Shown here: positions 36,996 to 48,900 of the stretch, one piece after another
Layout of the letters: each line of letters begins with the position of its first letter
Numbering within the stretch: the stretch's first letter is position 1
DNA from: Amphiura filiformis
Lineage: Eukaryota
Length of the DNA: 64,000 nt
Direction: 5' to 3'
Assembly (NCBI RefSeq): GCF_039555335.1
Contig: NC_092633.1
Coordinates: 21,100,334 to 21,164,333, forward strand
Notes under the pieces: model-generated
Database searches by the model: none
Seen by the model: the letters and a program-made list of their open reading frames with translations, nothing else
What the model was told of the DNA's origin: nothing
Program-made: the position numbers and the translations under genes

Positions 36996-37301
36996 CTAAC
37001 AAGATACATTGAAAAGATGAGTTTTGAGTCCTTTTTTGAAAGAGTTTATGTTTGATACTGAACGAAGCTTGAAAGGCAACTTGTTCCATACCTTTGGTGC
37101 AGCTGCGGCAAATGATCTTTCGCCGTAGAACTTGGTTTTACACTTCTTTGGAGCGCGTGTACAAAGGAGAGCTTGTGAAGCCGATCGTAGAGTCCGCTGT
37201 GGCTTATACTCCTCAATAAGATCGCTAATATATCTAGGAGCCAACCCGTGCAATGCCTTATAGGTAAGCAATGCAATCTTGTATACAATCCGCTGTTGCA
37301 C
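36996..37301 (-). CDS. L2 ORF2 extreme C-terminus, displaced into another frame by a frameshift
   Basis: ALLTYKALHGLAPRYISDLIEEYKPQRTLRSAS...APKVWNKLPFKLR...FKKGLKTHLF is the canonical L2 tail. Confidence 0.8.
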   Translation of the reverse strand: MQQRIVYKIALLTYKALHGLAPRYISDLIEEYKPQRTLRSASQALLCTRAPKKCKTKFYGERSFAAAAPKVWNKLPFKLRSVSNINSFKKGLKTHLFNVSC

Positions 37302-38434
37302 GGGAAGCCAATGGAGGGCTCTAAGACTGCAGGCTTCATGTGCTCATCCTTTCTGCACTTGGTAACGAGGCGCGCCGCAGTGTTCTGCACTCTCTGTAAC
37401 TTTGCGATTTCATTTTCTTGAAGTCCGTACAAAACAGCATTACATGAGTCTAAACGCGAGGATACAAATGCATGTACCAACCTCTCCACAGATGACTTGT
37501 CAAGATAGCGACGCAGCTTTCCAATACGGTAGATTGCAAAAGAGGCTGCACGGACAACACTCTTAACATGGTCTTTCATGTCCATAGATGAATCGAAGAT
37601 GACGCCGAGATTCCTTGCGACCCGCGATACCTCAATTTCAGATGTATCAATGGTGAGTTTGGGAAAGGATGGAGTTTTCACAAATTTTGAACTTATGTGA
37701 ACCACCTCAGTTTTTGAGTCATTCAAGACAAGCCTGTTTCTGATTGTCCATGCTTTGATGTCGCGAAGACAGAGTTCTAGTCTCGGGATGGCGAAATTGC
37801 GTTCACTTGGGTGAAGAAGCATGTACAGCTGCGTATCATCAGCATATGTCATGAAGTTGATGTTATGGGCGTTAATAACATCACCGATGGGGGCTGAGAA
37901 CAGAGTACACAAAAGGGGACCATTGACCGAGCCTTGAGGGACCCCGTCATTAAGGTCGAGACTGTCCGATAATTCTCCATTGATAACAACCGACTGAGAT
38001 CTGTTTTGAAGATATGACTCATACCATTTCAGTGCCGTTCCTGTTATGCCGTAGCGTTCACGCAGACGTTGAAGTAAAGCTGGGTGGGAAAGCGTATCAA
38101 ACGCTGCGGAAAAGTCTAGAAGTACTAAGACAGCTTCAAGATGTTGGTCAGCGGCGTTGAGAATGTCATTGTGAATTCTGGTGAGTGCAGTCTCTGTGGA
38201 ATGGAATTTCCGGTAGGCAGATAGATTAGGAGCGTAGAGATCATTTGCAACAAGATAGTCTGATAGTTGTGCTGCAGAAACTCGTTCAATTGTCTTTGAT
38301 AAGAACTTCAAGTTTGAAATTGGCCGGTAATTCTTCAGCTCATTTCGGTCAGAGTTCGCTTTCTTTAAAAGTGGAGTCACTTTGGAGACACATTGACGAT
38401 GTTGGTTATCTATGGCAGCAGTGGATCCAAACAT
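37046..38434 (-). CDS. L2-type ORF2 reverse-transcriptase domain
   Basis: 462 aa with YRPISNL, AYRKFHSTETAL, LLDFSAAFDTLSH, GVPQGSVNGPLL, YADDTQLY, LNDSKTE, LVHAFVSSRLDSCNAVLYGL and LQRVQNTAARLV. These are diagnostic CR1/L2-clade motifs. Confidence 0.9.
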   Translation of the reverse strand: MFGSTAAIDNQHRQCVSKVTPLLKKANSDRNELKNYRPISNLKFLSKTIERVSAAQLSDYLVANDLYAPNLSAYRKFHSTETALTRIHNDILNAADQHLEAVLVLLDFSAAFDTLSHPALLQRLRERYGITGTALKWYESYLQNRSQSVVINGELSDSLDLNDGVPQGSVNGPLLCTLFSAPIGDVINAHNINFMTYADDTQLYMLLHPSERNFAIPRLELCLRDIKAWTIRNRLVLNDSKTEVVHISSKFVKTPSFPKLTIDTSEIEVSRVARNLGVIFDSSMDMKDHVKSVVRAASFAIYRIGKLRRYLDKSSVERLVHAFVSSRLDSCNAVLYGLQENEIAKLQRVQNTAARLVTKCRKDEHMKPAVLEPSIGFPCNSGLYTRLHCLPIRHCTGWLLDILAILLRSISHSGLYDRLHKLSFVHALQRSVKPSSTAKDHLPQLHQRYGTSCLSSFVQYQT

Positions 38435-40131
38435 TTCTTCAAAAGACTAGTTGGAATTGGATCCAATGGACAGGACTTTGTAGATGATTTCAACACAATC
38501 TGGCAAACATCCTCATCTGATACCTCACGAAATGCAGTGAACTCACTCTCACACGAATCAGTTATATCAACAGATAGTCCAGGTGGATTAATGTTGTCAA
38601 GCGTATCTAACAGTCTTTTCACTTTCTTCTTGAAGAATTCTCCAAAGCCATTCGCGAGATCTTTGCAACATGAGTGGTCAGGAAGCACACTTGACGAGGA
38701 GGACTTGCTCAATTTGTTGACAATCTTGAACAGTTGGCGGTCATCACATTGACTGATTTGTGCACGGTGGTATTCACATTTTGCTCCTTCAAGTTGTTTG
38801 CGATATTCTTGGCAGTGTTGGACATACAGCTGGTGATCCACTTCCAAACCAGATTTTAACCATTTACGCTCACATTTTCGCTTTTCACGCTTATATGATC
38901 GTAGCTTGTCATCATACCAGGGGGCATTAGGTCTGTGCACTATTGTCCGAGTTCTCATAGGGGCATGGGAATCAAGCAAGCTGGAGAGCACATGTTCATA
39001 TCGGTCAACTAGAATGGAAGGATCGCCATCGAGATGATCAAATTTGCTTTCAGATGAACCAAGGGTCGACGATGTAATGTCAGTTTTAAACTGTTCCAGA
39101 TCAATACTTCGTAGGTTCCGCGAGCAAACTTCAACTTTTACAGGAGCTGGTCTTTGCACATCCATAAGACATTTCAATGGTTTATGGTCTGATGGAAGAC
39201 CATTCAAAATGGCCACACCAGAGATAAGCTCATCAGATGAACGCGAGATAATAACATCCAATGTGTGACCGTCCTTGTGCGTTGGACCATGGACATGTTG
39301 ACAGAGTCCACATGAATCTAAGAGATCCATAAATGCAGTCGCTTTGCGATCAGAGGAATCATCAAGATGGAAGTTCATATCACCGGTGATCAAAAGATGG
39401 CCCGGGGCAATGGTCAAAGTTTCCAAACGCTGGGAAAACTCTGTCATGAACATTTTCACTGTAAGTTTGTTTTCAGTTGATGGTGGTGGGCGGTAGATGA
39501 TGACCAACCTGATTGATGAGGATCCATTTGACAACAGTACATCGAGATATTCGAATGACTGGAAGATATGAATGTCATTGAGTCTAACATTGAATCCCCT
39601 ATGAACAATCAAACAGACGCCGCCGCCTCTGCGGTTTACACGAGGAGCATGGTGAATGGCGAAATGGGGCAGAGTGTTGATAATATCTGCAAGAGGAACT
39701 TCATCACGATCGTCTCCATCCAGCCATGATTCAGTAACGGCTAGAACATCAAGTTTCTGATCAATTATAAAGTCAGCAATAGACGCCGTTTTCTTTTTAA
39801 TTGAACGCGCATTCCATGATCCGAGACAGGCTTTTGGCAATGATTTTGTCTTTTTTGGTTTCTGTCCAGCTCCGACTGGGGCTGCAGGTAGTTCAACAAG
39901 ATAGCGCCGCCGCGAAGGCGGTGGTTTCAAATCAAATGGCTTGGGCGTGATATGAACTTCGATTTTGCGTCCTTTCCCCTTTCCTCCACGGCAACCTCGT
40001 CTTGTTTTTCTGGCAATACCAAGGTTGCTCAACGTAGTCCAGATAGATGGTTCAATATTATAACAATGTTGTTGATCACACCTTTTGTTCAGATTAAGTA
40101 GGATATCCTCACTGTATATTCGTGGAGGCAT
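38410..40131 (-). CDS. L2-type ORF2 N-terminal part: apurinic-like endonuclease (APE) domain plus linker
   Basis: 573 aa with LDVLAVTESWL, GGGVCLIVHRGF, LITGDMNFHLD and SDHKPLKC (the EEP/APE catalytic motifs). It overlaps the next ORF by 25 nt in another frame, which indicates a frameshift. Confidence 0.85.
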   Translation of the reverse strand: MPPRIYSEDILLNLNKRCDQQHCYNIEPSIWTTLSNLGIARKTRRGCRGGKGKGRKIEVHITPKPFDLKPPPSRRRYLVELPAAPVGAGQKPKKTKSLPKACLGSWNARSIKKKTASIADFIIDQKLDVLAVTESWLDGDDRDEVPLADIINTLPHFAIHHAPRVNRRGGGVCLIVHRGFNVRLNDIHIFQSFEYLDVLLSNGSSSIRLVIIYRPPPSTENKLTVKMFMTEFSQRLETLTIAPGHLLITGDMNFHLDDSSDRKATAFMDLLDSCGLCQHVHGPTHKDGHTLDVIISRSSDELISGVAILNGLPSDHKPLKCLMDVQRPAPVKVEVCSRNLRSIDLEQFKTDITSSTLGSSESKFDHLDGDPSILVDRYEHVLSSLLDSHAPMRTRTIVHRPNAPWYDDKLRSYKREKRKCERKWLKSGLEVDHQLYVQHCQEYRKQLEGAKCEYHRAQISQCDDRQLFKIVNKLSKSSSSSVLPDHSCCKDLANGFGEFFKKKVKRLLDTLDNINPPGLSVDITDSCESEFTAFREVSDEDVCQIVLKSSTKSCPLDPIPTSLLKKCLDPLLP

Positions 40132-41050
40132 AGTGTGAAAAAGTTAAAGTACAATAAACTGTCAATGCACTATGTTAGAGAATTGCTTCCAAATTCTGCA
40201 TTTGTATAATACACAAGAGATAACGCTGATCGTCAGACAGGGTCTAATTCTGCATAAAACCGGGCAACGTTATTTCTATAGATCTGCTGCGCATTCAAAT
40301 TGCATTGTATTGCATCGTAATTTCATTTGTGTCTATGCTAATTATGTTTACACAACATGAACTCACGTGTTTTCAAGCAAATTCGCCGATGATAGGTGAT
40401 CAAAAGCGATCGGAATGTTACAAAAGTACAGATCGCATTCAGTTTACTTCATATGAGATGATCTTTGGAAAAATACGGCATAATTTGTCTTGGTGTTTGC
40501 GGAATGCCATGCAGTAAAATATTAATACGTTGCGGCAATTCATGATTGACAACTAACAATCGGCGTGTCCTTCGTATCCTCCACTGTCAATTTCTTATCC
40601 ACTCACTAATCCTCACAAAAGCTTTGTGTTGATTACGTAATGTGTGGAGGCAAATTGCAATAAGTACAATGAAATAATGAGTAGGGCGGGCTCCGAGGCG
40701 GGTTTCTTCTTCATCTTACGTAACAGTATTGTTCTCCAAAAATACCCGGAAGCTTGTCGTTTGGAGCTCTAGCTGAAATACAGCAAGATAATGTAAGATA
40801 GTAAATGTAAACCTGTATTTTAGCTAGAGTATCTCGAGCTACTGATCATTGAGATTCAAAAATAAGACAAAATAGCACAATTGCTGATTCCAAAAATTCA
40901 ATCAAGTTCTGTTATCCATTATAAAATGTACTCACGCAATTCCTATATTGACGAAAAATACACAAAAACGGCTTTAAAATATCAAATTTGATGAAACATT
41001 TACAGAGCGAAAGTGACATGCAGCCAATCATCAAAGAGGGCGCTATCTAA

Positions 41051-41760
41051 CGTATGAAATTTTAAACATAATTGCCCTGGGGTAATATCAATTTCGATAT
41101 CTATATCTGGACATGAACCTGCGTCCATGGCAAGGTTTTGTGTAACGTGTGGGTAGACATACAGCTTCAGTTGCGTAGAACCGCATCGACTTATATCGAT
41201 TTCGTTTAAGATGTTACAAAGTGGCGTGGTTTTGGTTGTGACTTAGCATTTGGAGCAATAACAATATTGGATTCAGGCTATGTCATCATGTCCTAGTAAC
41301 AGATAACCAATTATTCAGGCCTCATGCAGGATGTCAACAAACTACTCAATAGCAACATTAACACTTGCGAAACATTGAGTACCTTTTACATGGCTCATTA
41401 ATGCTAAATATACAAGCTGAAAAAACAGCTACATGAGCTTTATTTACAATGTTGCAAAATTATTTTTATACGCTTTATGAAAGACTTCGGGTTTATATTC
41501 ACTTACGTAAGTGACCAAAAGTTCTAGGTACGTACGTCACTGGAAAACCACTGCCCCAGATAAAGCATACTTATGAAAACTTACTGCACTGAATTCATAT
41601 GGCAGCCTAAAAACAACATTTTACATCAAGCTTTTGGATGATGACTTCCTCATTGTGGCAATTGATATCCACTGATTTTCCCACAAGATGTTGGTCTTTT
41701 GTATATCTGTACCTTGCTTGGTTCTATGATATGCTAATGCAGTTGAGGCTGGTTTGTGCC
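41051..41760 (+). repeat. About 1.2-kb repeat family copy, right part after the L2 insertion
   Basis: Matches 10290-11020. Confidence 0.65.
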
Positions 41761-42062
41761 ATTCTCGTGAAGTTGTAAGTCATCTCTGAGCTTCCTAGTT
41801 GCTGTCATGACTATGGATGACTTAAGGGAGCATGTGCAGTATTTTCTAATTGTCTGTCGGTTTTTTATTGTATAATTTTTAGCTTATCGTTGTTGCTCCT
41901 TTAATATGGTTCAAAGAGGTCTTTCTGCCTCTGCAATATAGAACAATCCACATTTCTTGGTGGTTATGCACCAAAACTCTTTTCATTGTTTTATTTGTGC
42001 CATTGCTTGATAGAAACTACGAAGAAAATGTTGTAAAACTTTATGTATACGTACCCAAGTAA

Positions 42063-42190
42063 TCCATGTGCTTAGAGGTTAATAACTGCGCATCGGTTAT
42101 TTGGAGGGCATTGTGAAAAATCTAAACATTTTGTTTAGATTTTTCACAATGCCCGACATATAACCGATGCAAAGTTATTAACCTCATTCA
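42063..42190. repeat. Perfect 54-bp-arm hairpin (palindrome)
   Basis: gaggttaataactgcgcatcggttatttggagggcattgtgaaaaatctaaaca is the exact reverse complement of tgtttagatttttcacaatgcccgacatataaccgatgcaaagttattaacctc. Confidence 0.7.
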
Positions 42191-42339
42191 TAACCGTCAC
42201 TTTGATCTTTTAACTTTACAAAATAACACAAAATTTTCCTCAAAAGTTTGTAAAAATAAAACAATTTTTACATCTTCCCTTTCCCAAAATCGATCAGGCT
42301 AAAACAAAACGACCAATAACAAAAGTGCGTATCAGAATC

Positions 42340-42520
42340 TGTGCAAATATGGTAGCGCGCAATCCAAATACGGCAGCCAGCGCGCGCGCAGTTCGTTGGA
42401 CGCACAATACGGCGCACGCAGAAGTCAATTGTGTGCGACATTGGAACAACTACGCATTTTGCGGTCAATTGTGAGATATTAATGACCTCGATTTGCGTTC
42501 GCGTTTTCACAAATAATAAG
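42340..42520. other. CpG-rich, GC-rich island in AT-rich context
   Basis: cagcgcgcgcgcagttcgttggacgcacaatacggcgcacgcag..., with gcgttcgcgtt nearby. Confidence 0.4.
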
Positions 42521-44877
42521 ATATGATTGGATCTCACGCATCGCGTTTATTAATGAGGTTATGAATTGTTTTTAATCACTCGTCTTTTCTTTCTTTTACT
42601 AATGCGGTACTTGCGGCCCATTTGAAAGGTTAATTCCGGTTTAATAGACCGGTCAATTAAGTAATCTCAATATAACGTGTAGTAAGTGAATAATTAAATA
42701 TTGTATCAATGAAAATTAAATACTAATATATGTATATTAACTATTATACTGAGGTAATTATATAAATGAATATGGTTAAAAGTGTATTCTTACACATACA
42801 CTCCCTAAACTAGTGTCCCAAGAAGAGGTTGTATTGTACCAAGATGCTTTAAAGGCCCGTTCACAGATTTGGTCATTGGGAGGATCATAAAAATCATAAA
42901 AAATCAAGTTTTGGAACCTTTGTTAGTGTCCTGTACCGCCTGGAAAGATGTACCGGATATAGTCTGGATAATATAATAAAATATTGATCATTTTATTCAT
43001 ATTCTGTTTAATCATAAAGCATTCTCGCTTACTTCCATTGTTTAATGCATAATTCTAAATGTGCATATTATGTTCTGTTTAATGCATATATCGTGTTTTA
43101 ATGTACCACTTATATTTCAAGAGAAGACGGCGAACTTACTCTCATTGAGAAGATATCATTATGAGCGAACCAAATCTTCCGTAATGATAAATAGGGAAAC
43201 TCATGCTGTTTGTTGTGGAGAGTTAAGATTGCCTTCTATCTCCATATCTCTTTAATCAATTTCTTCCTCGAATTGGTCGTGAGTGGAGTACAAAACCGCG
43301 GCTTTGGAATCCAAGTGGAGGGCGATGAAAATCAACAACATCCGTAATGCTAATGACAAAGCCCTAATGGAAATGGTCTTCGAAAAGTTACAGCTATCCA
43401 CAGATATACTGGATAAAGTATGCGTCAAAACTAGGGAATGAAGATCAACCCAACTATAAACTGCAAACTCGTGATGACAGAAGACCTACGAGATATCACC
43501 TTTAACCAGGCGCCCGCGCCCATTGACAAAGTGATTGACTGTCTTCCTTAGTACTATAGTAACTTTCAATCAGTTAAGAAGAATATCAAGAGCCGTACTA
43601 TCTGGACCAAGTACCAATTATGACATCATAAGACCACTTAAAATGAGAATTTACCTGTCTCTTGCCACCTATATGGAACAGCGACGAGGGTGTACCTCGG
43701 TCTGCCAAAAACTATAATAAGAAATGATGAACTTATACAGGTCTTAACATCCCAAGCACTATCACAGAAGTAATTACCAGAAGTCTATTTAAAAGGGTTT
43801 GGATGGACAGGTTCCCAAACCAAGCCTAATGTAAGACTTTAGTTCTAGTAGGGGTAAGCAACCAGGATGTCCTCAAATAAAATGGTAGACTAGATCACAA
43901 TGGACACAGAGGCATGGATCTCTAACAGACCCAATATCAGGCAACGGGAAGACAATGATTATCTGGCAGGTGACAATGGGACACTCTGTTCTAATCAGCT
44001 AAGTCTTAAGTCAAGAGATAGCGGTGATATGAACACAACAATATTCATGCAAACACAATATCTTGATAAGAATCTCCAAAGAATTACTTACACGTATTCA
44101 ATAATTTTAAAGTTTAAAACCTTTGATCCAAACACAAGAAAGTTATTTCTCCCTCTCGGAATTTCCAGATGCTTTATACTCCATCTTTCATCAGCGAGAA
44201 TGAGATTGTGATTCATTATAATAAAACATCGGTCTTATTTATAACCTGAAATGAATTTCCATCATCCTCAATCAAGTGCACTTCTATCGACCTTTAGAGA
44301 TAGTTCTTGCTTAATGGGTTTGTTTAAAGTAGGTGTAGATTATGTAATTCATTATGTAACCGACCGTTGTAAACCCCTTCATATAGCAACGATCTTGTAT
44401 TGCCGGCGCCTTTCAAGACTAATGAAGCTTCCAATGACACTTAAAGTAGGTCATTTTGACCATGTTGACAGAATTTAAGGATCTCTACAGACTCCGAGTT
44501 ATCGACGTGGAATATTCGATGTAATATGAATTCGTTATATGTTTTAATACTATTTCCATTCTATTTTCAGTCATCTTTAAAAGGGCATTTCGTGATCCAC
44601 AGCCTCATCCTCCACTTTTCTCAAATTTTTTTTATACCACTGGAAACCTCTGGCTACATAATATTTACGGTACCCAAAAATTTCTTCCAGATTAATTCTG
44701 GTATACCAGAACGAAATTACAACAGTGGCGCGGCCTATGGAGCAGTGTAATACACATAATCAAGCATAACTCGCAAACGCAAAATCGGAATTAACTGAAA
44801 TTTTGGGAGTAAGCTGGATATCTACTGAAAAATGTCATAAAAAGAGGATGCTAGGATCACGAAATCCTCCTTTAAGT

Positions 44878-44975
44878 TCTAACGAATGTTTCATGATGTG
44901 AAATCGATAATATGTTGCATATAATATCTGGTGGAAATATATTATCGATTTTACGCCATCAAACATTCGTTAGAA
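44878..44975. repeat. Hairpin with ~35-bp perfect arms
   Basis: ctaacgaatgtttcatgatgtgaaatcgataatat against atattatcgattttacgccatcaaacattcgttag. Confidence 0.6.
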
Positions 44976-45059
44976 GTAAAACATAACTGGAAATAGACCG
45001 GAATAAATTAAATAACGAAGACATGTTACATCGAATATTCTACGTCCACTAAAATACCC

Positions 45060-45290
45060 GTGCGGCTTTAATGCAGTTGGTATGGTTGAACTGGTGTATG
45101 ATTTCTTCAGCAGTGGCGGCGTCACGGGGGGCATGAGGGGGCAAATCCCCCCAGTTAGAACTCTTTCCCCCCTGTTTCCCCCAGTAAAAACTGGTAATTT
45201 TGCGCAAAATTGGTTAATTTTGCCCCCCTGAAATTCATTTTGCCCCCTCAATGCCCCATCCCCGGAAAAAAGTCCCGCCATTGTTCTTCA
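45060..45290. repeat. Poly-C-tract dispersed repeat (family member 1 of 4)
   Basis: Motifs gcaaaat..ttgcccccc and cccccctg/ggcctg are shared with 48285-48500, 60095-60350 and 63385-63485. Confidence 0.4.
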
Positions 45291-46156
45291 GTCCATTATT
45301 CATTATTGTAATCAATTCATTACTTCATTAGTTGTAAAAGTAGAGCAACCTTCATATTGTTTGTGAAAATGCGGTTGATGCTATGTATAATGCATCCATC
45401 ATACGATTGACATAAGTTGCAGTGCTGAATTGAACTAATAATATAGATGTTGAATCGGATGCAAGTGTTAGCAAACGTGTTAAGCATCAAGTTTAAATAA
45501 AAGCCAGACACTGTCAATTGCATATGCCTACTTAATAAGTTCTAAGTTAAGAAAAGTTTTAGATACACACCACTCTTAATGTTACAAAAGTGGATAGTCG
45601 CTCTTTCTATGTGTCATTTTTAGGGAATTGTTTAGGAGAAACAAGCCTCAGCACACTGTATAAAAACGTGTATACCCCTTAGAATAAATACTTTCTGCTT
45701 CTGATTCTGATTCTGCTTAATTACTCCTCAACGCTACAATCGTAACCAGGCGAGGAGGGATTAGTGCGCGATGCGATGCGTAGATGTTTAACTTAGTGAC
45801 GTTGATAATGTTTCAGGATCTCTTGTTTGAATTGCTTATTTTCTTCAATGCTGACAATGTTCTGTAGTATTAAATTCCAGTCTCTTATTGTGTTTGGGAA
45901 GAAAGAATAAACCCAGCAATCCTTCCTCCCTGACGGTCTTTGGTATGCTTTGTTGTTTGTGTTGCGAGTAAGGCGTTTAACCGGCTGGAATGGCTGCCTG
46001 ATGATATGCGATCTTGTGCATTAGTGATACTCTGTTTACTTTCCTTCTGAGTTGCAACTTATCCCATCCAAGGGATGTCAACATGTCGGCGGAACTACTG
46101 TATCGGCTGTAATCTCGTTTCACAAATCTTGCCGCTCTTCTTTGGGTTGATTCAAC

Positions 46157-46183
46157 TTTTTTTTTTTTTTTTTTTTTTTTTTT
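46157..46183 (-). repeat. 27-nt poly(T) run, equal to poly(A) on the minus strand; possible retroposon tail
   Basis: Homopolymer tttt...t followed by ctgtgttttttattttaac. No recognisable ORF is adjacent. Confidence 0.6.
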
Positions 46184-47204
46184 CTGTGTTTTTTATTTTA
46201 ACAAGATATCACACAAAAAAGAATTAAGCTCCCCATTGTTTGTGTCCCATACTGAGGAGGAGTACTCCAAGAGTGGTCTGACTAATGTTGTGTAAGCAAG
46301 GGCTTTAAGCTCTTGCAGACATGATAGTAGATTTCGGTGGGGTTTACAACTTTTTATCATGGTTTTTGGTCACACAATTTAAGAAAAACATATCTCGGCC
46401 GTAAATGTTTCCCGGGGAATAATGAACAAAAAAGAGCTTTCTTCTGATATCAAAATCTCACCTTTGATGAGCGAAAGTGGGGGAGGGTGAAGCTGGCGAT
46501 CTGGTCAGATACCTTCAAAAATAAAAGAAAGAAAAAAATCACATTGGATATATGTCATTATAGGATACATTAAAAGATGAATATAATTTACTTGCCATGA
46601 AGGTAAGATAAAATTACATCTTAATCAAAAATCGGGCAATATGTGAAAAACAGTTCATAAATTATATTGATATAAATGAAACATGAAGTACTAAACTCTC
46701 CGTCAAATGATATCTGTTCAGAAAGTTGTTCGGATTAATCTCATATTACATTTTATGCGTTACTGGCTATAATCAGGAAATAATAATCCAAATTCAAAGT
46801 GACAAGCTCTTCACAATAGATTTGTCACCAAAGTTTTATCATTATAATGGCATCGCATCACATTATATTGCTATAGATTAATGCCTCCTTTGGGATATAA
46901 ATTGAACCTTTTTGTAAAATTAAGACTTTCAATAATTCTAACAAGACGCGAAAACAGATTAACTAGTTTTTAGTGCACAATAGATTTTTGAGCTTGTCAA
47001 GTTTCAATTCTGATGAATTATTCAAGTAAATCAAGGTCTCGGTTACTTTTCTTTAAATAAAACCATTCCTGGGGGCATGATTTTCCCAATTTACCTGATG
47101 GAATATGTTTTATTGTATGACGTCTAACTAGAAACAACGACATTTATCAGAGGCTCTTCGGAAGCAACTTTCTTTTCTGTCCACTTTTGAATATCTTTTA
47201 TGCT

Positions 47205-47290
47205 TTCAAGTATTTGTATCATACAACGTGCCGTGTGTGGGAGGAGTGTGGGGTGGGTGGGTTTTTGGGGTGGGTGTGTAGCGTTCTTGA
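47205..47290. repeat. G-rich low-complexity patch (GGG/GTG runs), inverse-strand analogue of the C/A-rich patches
   Basis: gtgtgggaggagtgtggggtgggtgggtttttggggtgggtgtgtagcg. Similar patches at 47500-47545 and 47690-47705. Confidence 0.5.
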
Positions 47291-48284
47291 TAATGTAATA
47301 TCAAGGTTCATAATTTAATTTAATGTATATAATTTTATTTGCATGGAGATCCGTGTTAAGGAAAGTCTTTAACTTTACTTTACTCTCGACTTGACGGTTT
47401 AGCCAGGCAAAGCCCAATACATAGTGCTCAGAGGCTACTAAATTAAAGGAATGCCAAGGAATCGGTAGTCCAATTTTAGGTTGATCCTTACTTCCGGTCT
47501 GCCAGAAGAGAGTGTGGGTGTAGAGTGGGCGCGTGGGGTGTGTGCAACTATAATTTGTGCATAAGTCATACATTAAGTGAATAGACAAAGCAGATATTAA
47601 CGTAGCCTTAACAAATAAAGTATGGAATGTAATTCTCTGGAGAATCTCTTTCTCCCTTATGCTGGAGTGCGCGCATAGGAGCGTCTCATAGGTGGGGTTT
47701 GGGGGTATGTACTTATTTATTTGATTTATGTCCATGCATGCGGCTGTGGACCCATTACATCTTTGCTTGATAATTGTTATTAAAGCAAGAAAATAGCTTT
47801 TAGTGTGACTAAATAGCTAAATACCCTTTTCTTATTTGTTCATTTTTCAGTATTTGAAGAAATAAGCATGTGTACATGCTGTAACAACTTTTTCATCTGT
47901 CGACTAATTTTGCATGGTCACTGTCAAATGGAACAAAACTTATTGAATTAATTTTTACCTTTTTTTCTTTCTCATGCAAATTACCTGCTTATCACCAATA
48001 CTCACAAACAAGGGAAGGGCGGTAAGTTAGTTTCATGTTACTACTTTTACATAAAATGTTTAATTCAGTGTCGTAATTGTCAATATCAATATCGATTAGT
48101 GTTAACAAAATATGCATTGACATTATCAGTAATGTAATTGAATTGCATTTTTTGATATACTTATTTTCTCCTCTTACATTGCTTTATCTTTGTGGAACAC
48201 AGCGGGTAAGTCACATATTTAATGTTAAATATGGTATCAGGGGCTATGCAATAATTATGAACCCCGGGTAACAATTCCAAACGA

Positions 48285-48500
48285 CATGCCAAAAATACCC
48301 CCCCCTCGGCCTGTCACCCCCCCCTTTGCACATGCCAAATTTTTGGGATCCCAATTTGCAAACCTTAAATTGTTTACGTACTGTTTTCCTGACCTTTTAT
48401 TTAAAAGGCGCACCATTAATTTGTGCCAAAATCGCTAAAAATTCTTAACCCCTCGTCCAATTTTACCCCCAGGGCTCGTAACTATCGCACAGCTCCTTAC
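48285..48500. repeat. Poly-C-tract dispersed repeat (member 2)
   Basis: atgccaaaaataccccccccctcggcctgtcaccccccccctttgcacatgccaaat... 48450-48500 is homologous to 63435-63480 (ccccaggcttgataactattgcgcagcc). Confidence 0.45.
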
Positions 48501-48559
48501 GTAATAGCCAATGTTATTCCAGATTTGTAACTAATATAAAAGTATACCTGGTCAAATTG

Positions 48560-48900
48560 AGTAAATTGCAGCTCTCCTTTTTCTTTTACTCGATTTTTCT
48601 CTTCATTGATTCTCTTTCTACTTCACCTTCTCTCTTTTTTTTACTACCTATTTCATCTGTTCCGTGCTTTCTCTCTGCTGCATCAGCTGATATTAGCTGT
48701 AGCAAATTGTTATCACATCATAAAATACTTGAAAATGCTTTATTCTTATGATGTAAGTCAACCAAGTTTTCCGACTTCTTCTACACCATAATCGTGTTCT
48801 CCTGTCCTCTCCTTTTTTTTCCTTTCTTTCTTTCTTCTTCCTCCTTTTAATCTTTTTTCTTTTTTAAACTCTTCTACTTCTGTTCTTTCTTTGTTTCTGG
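48560..48900 (+). repeat. CT-rich low-complexity region
   Basis: ctctcctttttcttttactcgatttttctcttcattgattctctttctacttcaccttctctc... and ...cctttctttctttcttcttcctcc. Confidence 0.7.

Larger units (their letters stand above)
36546..41050 (-). mobile_element. Near full-length CR1/L2-clade non-LTR retrotransposon (~4.5 kb) with no ORF1, a single APE-RT ORF broken by two frameshifts, and a microsatellite-type 3' end
   Basis: It interrupts a ~1.2-kb repeat copy exactly (36545|41051). The 3' terminus on the minus strand ends in tattattattatt, as in CR1/L2. The 5' UTR is about 900 bp (40132-41050). Confidence 0.85.

Noticed and set aside
36996-37301. A 101-aa ORF that could be taken as an independent small gene
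   Set aside because: It is the canonical C-terminus of the L2 ORF2 (…KALHGLAP.YISDLI…LKTHLF), displaced by a frameshift from the RT ORF 37046-38434.
43260-43460. Segment that translates to ...GREWSTKPRLWNPSGG..., reminiscent of the basic RGRPRKTW-type tail of LINE ORF2
   Set aside because: The similarity is a handful of residues with stops in every frame nearby. No RT motifs lie upstream. It is too degenerate to call.
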